Below, in pieces: positions 46,251-52,890 of a stretch of DNA of 64,000 bases (positions are counted from its first letter, which is position 1; the number at the start of each line of letters is the position of its first letter). Under the pieces are notes generated by a model that saw nothing but the letters and a program-made list of their open reading frames with translations, did no database searches and was not told the DNA's origin. Location of the stretch: the NCBI GenBank assembly GCA_002315595.1, contig DCHG01000062.1, forward strand, positions 4,076 through 68,075. The letters are read 5' to 3'. The position numbers and the translations under genes were made by a program. This DNA is from Clostridiales bacterium UBA1758. GTDB taxonomy: Bacteria; Bacillota; Clostridia; Oscillospirales; UBA1758.

Positions 46251-47510
46251 TTATTTCCCGCCCATTATTTCTTCAATCAACTGATTTTCATCACATTCTA
46301 AATAATGTTTCAAATATGTTTGTCCATATTTCCCACTGATTTCTACTTGAATTGTATTATTGGACCATTCAACATCATTTAGCACTTGTACCTTTGAAAT
46401 TACACTCTTTAACCAACAAAATCTAATTGTCATACATAAACGCTGTGCGAATGGCAACTCTGATTCTAACCAATGAAACACCCTGTTCGGCGTTGTCTGT
46501 TTAATGATATCAAAAAAGCATCTATCCACATAAGGTCTATTTGGTTTCATTCCATGACATATCGAGGAACTATGGACTCCGATTGGAAAGGATAATATCG
46601 GCATAGGAAAGAATGTCATAGGCGAATCATTATCCAATGCAATAACCCTGCATATCTCATTGTCGGCATTAAAATCCACAAAATAATTATTTTGTTTATG
46701 ATCTCTTTGAAAACAAATTGCATCAAAATAATTCAACCGATTCAACTCTTTTTGGAAAATCGGAGAAATGTGCTGTTTTTCCTCCAAAGACATATCTGTG
46801 GGACATATGCCATTGCACTCCTTTGTGACAATCCCAACCCTCTCAATGCCGTCATAGCATAATACCGCAAACCAGCAATTTGGAAACATATCATCTAATT
46901 CGAACAAATCTGCCAGTTTTTTTGTAGCGACGCTCATCATCGGGCGAAATATCTGATAGTGCCCTTGTTTGATAAAATTATTCAATTTAAATGAATATAT
47001 CTCGTTTCTGATGAATAAAACAAATTCAGTGCCAAAGTTTTCAAGAAATTCAACAACTTTTTCTTTCCCCTTTGAATAATCCTGAAACAGTCCCGGAAAT
47101 CCCACTTTCCCGAGATCCCATCCGCTATATCTTTTTCTTGTCGTTTCATAATGACTCTCAACATACGCATTCATCTTTTTAAGTTTTCTGATATTCTTCA
47201 GATTACTTAACTCGTTCTTAATTTGCAACTCTATTTCCTCTTTTTTTTCAAAGGAGTTAATATTTTCAAAATAATCTGTTATTACATCCTCAATATATAT
47301 TTGAAATTTACTATGAATTCGACATTCTTTAAAGTAAATGGTTGTTTCATCAACTACTGCGCGAATAATATTGTTTGAAGATGAAAAATAGGTGACATCT
47401 TCTCTCTTGCATTTATACACCGGAAGATCATCTTTGTCAATTTCCACTCGTTTTGATCCACTTCCGTATGTAACTTTTCGAATCAAATCAACTATTCGTT
47501 GCTTTATCAT
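46251..47510 (-). CDS. Hypothetical 419-aa protein with a PI3K/PI4K-like (atypical kinase) catalytic-loop pattern
   Basis: Clean ORF packed tightly between glycan genes. Residues 257-300 read NRLNYFDAICFQRDHKQNNYFVDFNADNEICRVIALDNDSPMTF. See the finding for details. Confidence 0.6.
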   Translation of the reverse strand: MIKQRIVDLIRKVTYGSGSKRVEIDKDDLPVYKCKREDVTYFSSSNNIIRAVVDETTIYFKECRIHSKFQIYIEDVITDYFENINSFEKKEEIELQIKNELSNLKNIRKLKKMNAYVESHYETTRKRYSGWDLGKVGFPGLFQDYSKGKEKVVEFLENFGTEFVLFIRNEIYSFKLNNFIKQGHYQIFRPMMSVATKKLADLFELDDMFPNCWFAVLCYDGIERVGIVTKECNGICPTDMSLEEKQHISPIFQKELNRLNYFDAICFQRDHKQNNYFVDFNADNEICRVIALDNDSPMTFFPMPILSFPIGVHSSSICHGMKPNRPYVDRCFFDIIKQTTPNRVFHWLESELPFAQRLCMTIRFCWLKSVISKVQVLNDVEWSNNTIQVEISGKYGQTYLKHYLECDENQLIEEIMGGK

Positions 47511-47532
47511 TGTCTAACAAAACCTCGTTATA

Positions 47533-48336
47533 TTACTTGATAACGCCTTGTCCTTTGATTATTCTGCGTATAATACGTTCAATATGTAAAATTTTCATTA
47601 CTGCTATTGTATGCTGTAATATAGTTACTCTTCTAAGATATTTTTTTATCCATAATTTATCTACACCATTTCTTAATGCGATTGCTTCGTGTTCTTTTAA
47701 TGTCACGGTTTTAAAATGCTTTGAACTCTCTCCGCCTTCACGAAATCCACTTAATATTTCGTCTACATAATAGAATTTCGCACCGGCAAAATACATTCTT
47801 GACAAAAGTTCATAATCCATTGCGCATCTATAGTCTAAAGAAAACATCCCATACTTTTCATATGCCTTTGACGAAACAAAGACAGACGGATGATTAAGAA
47901 GAAATGTGTATTCCATTTTAGACAGATCCGTATCCGGCTTTTTTATATATCCATCGGATAATATGTTGCGGAATTTAATCGTTTTTCCAAAAACAACATC
48001 AATATCAGTCTGGTTTTCAAAAATACGGCTGATGGTTTTCACGGCCCCGGGATATAGCACATCATCCGAATTGATTATTCCAATAACATCGCCTGTTGAC
48101 ATCAGTATTCCTTTATTAAATGCATCGCTGATTCCCTTATCGGGTTCGGAAACATATCGTGTAACAACTCCCGGATATTGCTTAATTATGTCCAATGTTG
48201 AATCGGTTGACCCTCCATCAATTATAACATACTCTAAATCAGGGGAATTTTCGGCTTTCACACTCTCTATCGTTTCTCGCAAAGTCTTTTCACTGTTATA
48301 AGTTACCGTTATTATCGACACCCGTAAATTCTTCAT
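47533..48336 (-). CDS. Glycosyltransferase family 2
   Basis: VSIITVTYNSEKTL...VIIDGGSTDSTLDII...EPDKGISDAFNKG. ATG at 48336 is preceded by AAGGAAAG. Confidence 0.85.
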   Translation of the reverse strand: MKNLRVSIITVTYNSEKTLRETIESVKAENSPDLEYVIIDGGSTDSTLDIIKQYPGVVTRYVSEPDKGISDAFNKGILMSTGDVIGIINSDDVLYPGAVKTISRIFENQTDIDVVFGKTIKFRNILSDGYIKKPDTDLSKMEYTFLLNHPSVFVSSKAYEKYGMFSLDYRCAMDYELLSRMYFAGAKFYYVDEILSGFREGGESSKHFKTVTLKEHEAIALRNGVDKLWIKKYLRRVTILQHTIAVMKILHIERIIRRIIKGQGVIK

Positions 48337-48355
48337 TACATCTTTCCTTCTGTGG

Positions 48356-49594
48356 TCAATCGATTGTTGCAATTCCTTGTTGACTGATAACTTTGGAGTC
48401 ATTCCCACTTACAATATAAACGACAACAAACAAGAAAAATCCCATGTTGAAATAATGCCCATATCTTAATAATCTCAACAGGAAATAACTAATACACATC
48501 AATTGAGTAATCTTGTTCGTTTTCAAATTGTCCGTTGTCCGATTTTTATAGATAAAATACACCATACCGGCAACGCCCAATATTCCCGTTTCAGATACAA
48601 TTCGCAAAAATAAAGAGTTTGCATCTTCCTGGTTTAATTGTAATTGAACAGAAGATATTTCAAATATTCCACTATATTTTTTATATGCGATCAAATGCGA
48701 TCCAAGACCGCCCCCCATTCCAAACGTCGATTTAAAGTTTTTTAAAGCCACTTTATAATTTATGAATAAGGTTTGGGTGCTTAAATTAGAGTAATCCTCA
48801 GTTTCTTCAAAAAGGAATAATCGAACTGTATCGTCCACTCTCATTTTGAAAATATCAACATAATTATATGCAACAATAAATAGTGCAATAAATAAAAGTA
48901 TAATGGATATTTGTTTAATTCCGTACTTATATTCCGATAGAATTAATATCAAAACAAACGCAATACCCACAAATCCCGATGATGAAAAAGTACAAATCAC
49001 TCCCATAAGAATAATAATCGCTTCAAAAGGATTAGAAATCATTATTTCGGATTCTTTATTATTGCCAATAAAATAGTAGATTGAAAAAAAGACTGCCGGC
49101 ATCAAAACCAGCGCGCATGCTGATGGCTCGGTGAAAATACCACTTGATCGGTAAAAATCAGTAGATCCTGCCTGGGATGGTACAAGCCATCTCATATCAT
49201 AAATAAAAGATACATTCATTTTGCGTGCAACTTGCTGTAACAATACAAATGCAGCAAGAACGCAAGAATAATCGGTATAAGTCTTTAGCACCGACAGATA
49301 ATTACCTTCGTCAATGATCGATGCATAAAAAATTAAATTCCCGAAAATTCCCAATATTTGCTTTAAAAGCAGAACCATTTCGTTGTTTTTTAAAATAACG
49401 CCAAGTATTCCGTGGATGAAAAAAACTGCAAAAAACAGTAAATATTTATTTGTTATTCTTATTGCTTTATAATTACACAAAAGAATAGAGAATTCGAGAA
49501 TCAAAATAACCTCAGGTGAAAAGACTCCCCCGAGAAAAATCAATAAAATCGCTATTTTTTGTTGCAACTTGGATAATGAAATTCTCATCGTCAT
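48356..49594 (-). CDS. wzy: Wzy-type polymerase / O-antigen-ligase-like membrane protein
   Basis: About 10-12 TM segments with a large loop late in the protein. It sits in a Wzx-containing locus. There is no strong sequence motif, as is typical for Wzy. Confidence 0.65.
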   Translation of the reverse strand: MTMRISLSKLQQKIAILLIFLGGVFSPEVILILEFSILLCNYKAIRITNKYLLFFAVFFIHGILGVILKNNEMVLLLKQILGIFGNLIFYASIIDEGNYLSVLKTYTDYSCVLAAFVLLQQVARKMNVSFIYDMRWLVPSQAGSTDFYRSSGIFTEPSACALVLMPAVFFSIYYFIGNNKESEIMISNPFEAIIILMGVICTFSSSGFVGIAFVLILILSEYKYGIKQISIILLFIALFIVAYNYVDIFKMRVDDTVRLFLFEETEDYSNLSTQTLFINYKVALKNFKSTFGMGGGLGSHLIAYKKYSGIFEISSVQLQLNQEDANSLFLRIVSETGILGVAGMVYFIYKNRTTDNLKTNKITQLMCISYFLLRLLRYGHYFNMGFFLFVVVYIVSGNDSKVISQQGIATID

Positions 49595-50778
49595 CCTCTT
49601 ATTTTTTCGTACAAATCTAAGTATTCCTTCACCATTCTGTTTTTCGAAAATTTCTGCGCATACGTCACAATATTTTCGGAATCAAGTTTAGAAACTTCTT
49701 TAAAGACGGTGCATACCGACGCCAAATCGTGAGACGGAATAATTCTACCCACTTCTTCGGAAATCAATTCCGGCAACGCAGTACTGTCATACACAATTGC
49801 CGGTGTCCCGCATGCCATTGCTTCCACTGTCGGAAGGCCAAACGTTTCCTCAACGCTGGTATTGAGAAATACATCCGCCGTTGAATAAAGCCCTGCGAGA
49901 TCATTTAGATTATCTATCCGTTCTACACTCAATATCTTCTTGGAAAGATGCTTTCTTTCCTTATTCCTTATTCCAACCAATACAACCCGACATTCATCAG
50001 GCAGTATTTCAGCCAATCTAATGAAATCATTCAATCCTTTTCTTTCGCTCCATGTACTTGCAACGCCAAGGATCATATATTTATCTTCAATATTATGTTG
50101 TTGTCTAAATCGGCTCTGTGTCGGCTTAAAATTCTGTAAATCAATGCCGTTGTAGATCGTTTTGCACGGAACTTTTTTCAAAAACGATTGCTTCACCTGA
50201 TTTTCAAGCCATTTTGATACACAAACCAAATGCAAATTGTCGACGGATGTAAATAATTCTTTTTTTCTTTGGTAATTCCATGATGAATTATCGAATATGA
50301 TACTCTTTGGATACGTTTTTTTCTGTGGACAATCATGGCAACCGTATTTCCATCTATCGCATCCAACCATATCATAATGGCAACAGTGTCCGGTAAATGC
50401 CCAACAATCGTGCAACGTCCAAACGATCGGTTTTCCGCTTTTTTTTAAATATTCAAATAAAATATCAACATTAATATAGTATCCGTGAAGATTATGCAAA
50501 TGAATAATATCCGGATCGTACAACTCGATTTGTCGAATCAATTTCCGCGTTGCCTCTTTTGAGAAAAAACCGGCCCTATCCGTTAATCTGGTACAAATAC
50601 CATCAATATAGACTCCCGAGGCATTTCCAATCTTATAATGGGAAATATCTTTATCAATCGTGTTGCGCGCAAAGGCAACCATCCCTTCATTTCCTTGATA
50701 TGAAAGAGATCTGCATAAATCTGTTGCAATACGCCCGGTACTCAAGTTACCAAAAATATTGATATGTAATATCCTCAA
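49591..50778 (-). CDS. Glycosyltransferase family 4
   Basis: The EX7E motif is present (VEETFGLPTVEAMACGTP). The N-terminus RILHINI is typical. TTG at 50778 is preceded by GAAGGG; the track starts at TTG 50799. Confidence 0.8.
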   Translation of the reverse strand: MRILHINIFGNLSTGRIATDLCRSLSYQGNEGMVAFARNTIDKDISHYKIGNASGVYIDGICTRLTDRAGFFSKEATRKLIRQIELYDPDIIHLHNLHGYYINVDILFEYLKKSGKPIVWTLHDCWAFTGHCCHYDMVGCDRWKYGCHDCPQKKTYPKSIIFDNSSWNYQRKKELFTSVDNLHLVCVSKWLENQVKQSFLKKVPCKTIYNGIDLQNFKPTQSRFRQQHNIEDKYMILGVASTWSERKGLNDFIRLAEILPDECRVVLVGIRNKERKHLSKKILSVERIDNLNDLAGLYSTADVFLNTSVEETFGLPTVEAMACGTPAIVYDSTALPELISEEVGRIIPSHDLASVCTVFKEVSKLDSENIVTYAQKFSKNRMVKEYLDLYEKIRG

Positions 50779-50843
50779 AAGAAACCCTTCTTTATTCAAA
50801 ACTCAATCCCGAAAAAACACTTTTCAAATTGATAATTTCCCAC

Positions 50844-51422
50844 TCATTTTTCCAGTTTCCTTATCACTCTCGCGGGGTTTCCGACGATCACGGAGCGATC
50901 CTCGTACTGTCCGGCGACGACGGCTCCGGCTCCGACAATGCAGCCCTCGCCCAGTACAGTTCCCTTCAAAATGATCGAATTGCACCCGATAAAGCAGTTT
51001 TTTCCGATTTTGATCTCCCTTGCGGGGATCAGATCGCTATTACCGCCCGTCGGATCGCACAACAATTCCACCCTTGTTTCCGCATCAAGCGGATGAAAAT
51101 CATTATCGAGAATTTTCACATTTCCCCCGATCGATGTATTATCGCCGATCTCGATCTTTTTTCTGGCATAGATCGTCGCCCCGGAAATTCCGACATGATC
51201 TCCGATGACGATCTCGGCACCGGGCGCACGGGTGACAATAATCGTGCGGCTATATAGCCCCACCAAATTCGACAAAAACGAACTTTTGATCGTTACGCCT
51301 TCACCGATCGAAAGATTTGCGCCTTTTTTATTATAAATCAGCGGCAAGCCCTTCAAAAGAAGTCTCTTTCCGTATTTGATTTTTTGAACTTTCAGCGCAA
51401 TTTTAAACCAGTTGCAATTCAT
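50844..51422 (-). CDS. Hexapeptide-repeat O-acetyltransferase (WcaF/maltose acetyltransferase-like)
   Basis: Left-handed beta-helix repeats (IGDHVGISGATIYA, IGDNTSIGGNVKIL, IGKNCFIGCNSII, VGAGAVV). ATGA overlap with the upstream gene. Confidence 0.8.
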   Translation of the reverse strand: MNCNWFKIALKVQKIKYGKRLLLKGLPLIYNKKGANLSIGEGVTIKSSFLSNLVGLYSRTIIVTRAPGAEIVIGDHVGISGATIYARKKIEIGDNTSIGGNVKILDNDFHPLDAETRVELLCDPTGGNSDLIPAREIKIGKNCFIGCNSIILKGTVLGEGCIVGAGAVVAGQYEDRSVIVGNPARVIRKLEK

Positions 51423-52645
51423 AATTTCGAAATTTCATCCTTATATTTGGAAATACTGCATTCCTTGGACAGATTTTTTTCGACATAATCTCTGCTGTTG
51501 ATTTGAGTCGGTTTATTCTCAATAGCATGACGAAGCATTGCTTCAATTGCGGGATAGTCCCCCGGATCACACACTTCACCGCAACCGATTTCTTCGATCA
51601 AAGTCCTGATCTCGGTCCCCTGCTCCAACACGCCGAGGATCGGTTTATTGATTGCCGCAATCCCGTAAAACTTGCTTGGACAACTCACGCCCTTGATGCC
51701 CTTTGCATTGACGCACCAATGAATGTCGCCGGAATTCAACGAAGCGTTCAGATCCGCCTTATCCTGATACGGGATAAAGACGACATTGGCAAGATCTTTG
51801 TCTTCCTTGTTTTTTTTCAGCGTTTCCAATTTCGCACCTGCTCCGACAAAGGCAAAGACGACATCCGTTCGATCACGAAATGTTTCGATAACTTTCATAA
51901 TGTTTTCAAGGTCATAATACAGTCCGATATTGCCGGAATACATCACAACATATTTTCCCGCAAGACCGTATTTTTCTTTGAATTGAAGCACCTCCGGCGC
52001 GTCCTGCGACAAAGGGTAGATCATTTTTTCGTCGATCCAGTTATTGATCATCACGGTTTTCGGGCATTTTTTGCCGACAAAACGGTTTTTGACCGTTTCA
52101 ACAAGATCCCGTCCGACGGTGATGATCAGATCGGATCTGCCGCAAGAGAAAATATCGAGTTTTTTCATCACCCAAACGACGAAACGATTGGATGAGTAAT
52201 TCACGGCACAGATCTGTTCCGGGTTAAAATCCTGAATACAGTACACGAGTTTTGCGCGTTTCATCCATTTACCGATGACGCCCAAAAGCCCACCGAGGAT
52301 CGGCGGCTGAGAAATGGTAAAAACGGCATCCTGACCGCCCGCCTTTTTGCAGGCAGCGATCGCCCGAAAAAAATAGGCAAGAATATTCTTGATCCTGCTG
52401 ATCTTGTTTTCTTTTGAAAACTCCGGAACGCGAACACGGATGATGCGCACACCATTGATCTGCTCAAAATAGTACTTTTTATTCCGATATGCTTCTTCGA
52501 TCGTGCCGGAATAGGACGGTACAGTGCAAATCACGGTGATTTCGAACCGATCGGTCATTCCTTCCGCCAGGTCCTGCAAAATCTGACCGGTCGATGCGAC
52601 ATCGGGGTAATAATAATGGGCGAACATCAAAAGTTTTTTCTTCAT
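51419..52645 (-). CDS. Glycosyltransferase family 4 (WbuB/WcaI-like)
   Basis: MKKKLLMFAHYYYPDVASTGQILQDLAEG is a typical WbuB/WcaI-type N-terminus. ATG at 52645 is the likely start; the in-frame GTG at 52714 and ATG at 52660 are alternatives. Confidence 0.8.
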   Translation of the reverse strand: MKKKLLMFAHYYYPDVASTGQILQDLAEGMTDRFEITVICTVPSYSGTIEEAYRNKKYYFEQINGVRIIRVRVPEFSKENKISRIKNILAYFFRAIAACKKAGGQDAVFTISQPPILGGLLGVIGKWMKRAKLVYCIQDFNPEQICAVNYSSNRFVVWVMKKLDIFSCGRSDLIITVGRDLVETVKNRFVGKKCPKTVMINNWIDEKMIYPLSQDAPEVLQFKEKYGLAGKYVVMYSGNIGLYYDLENIMKVIETFRDRTDVVFAFVGAGAKLETLKKNKEDKDLANVVFIPYQDKADLNASLNSGDIHWCVNAKGIKGVSCPSKFYGIAAINKPILGVLEQGTEIRTLIEEIGCGEVCDPGDYPAIEAMLRHAIENKPTQINSRDYVEKNLSKECSISKYKDEISKL

Positions 52646-52648
52646 TTT

Positions 52649-52658
52649 CCCCCCCCCC
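52649..52658 (-). repeat. Homopolymeric G10 tract (C10 on the plus strand) 3 nt upstream of the GT4 start codon
   Basis: The plus strand reads ttcattttCCCCCCCCCCat. The coding strand reads ATGGGGGGGGGGAAAATGAAG. Confidence 0.95.
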
Positions 52659-52730
52659 ATTATTCGTGCAAAATTCGTCGGTTTTGATTGCGTTCTTTCG
52701 AATTTACCATACACCGACTTCTATTATAAT

Positions 52731-52759
52731 ATTTTATCATAATATGATCCGAAATTCAA
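52731..52759 (-). promoter_or_regulatory. Sigma-A type promoter with an extended -10 for the minus-strand glycan operon
   Basis: The minus strand reads TTGAAT (52759-52754), 17-nt spacer ending in TGa, TAAAAT (52736-52731). Confidence 0.5.
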
Positions 52760-52798
52760 TCACTACGGGGGTGATTTACGCGTTTTGCCTTTCTTTCG

Positions 52799-52827
52799 TT
52801 GAATAATTTCGCCAAATATGATATACT
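52799..52827 (+). promoter_or_regulatory. Sigma-A type promoter with an extended -10 for fkp
   Basis: TTGAAT, 17-nt spacer ending in TGa, TATACT. It is divergent from the minus-strand promoter, about 40 bp away. Confidence 0.5.
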
Positions 52828-52890
52828 AAATTAAAAGCAGATGTTATTTCGGATTGATCCCATTCGTTTTGCAAAAGGCGTGAGTAAAAT

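Noticed and set aside
52646-52714. Upstream in-frame extension of the WbuB-like GT4 (GTG at 52714)
   Set aside because: The extension (MYGKFERTQSKPTNFARIMGGGK) is not part of the family's usual N-terminus. It starts only ~10 nt downstream of the predicted transcription start and has no ribosome-binding site. It is retained only as context for the G10 tract finding.
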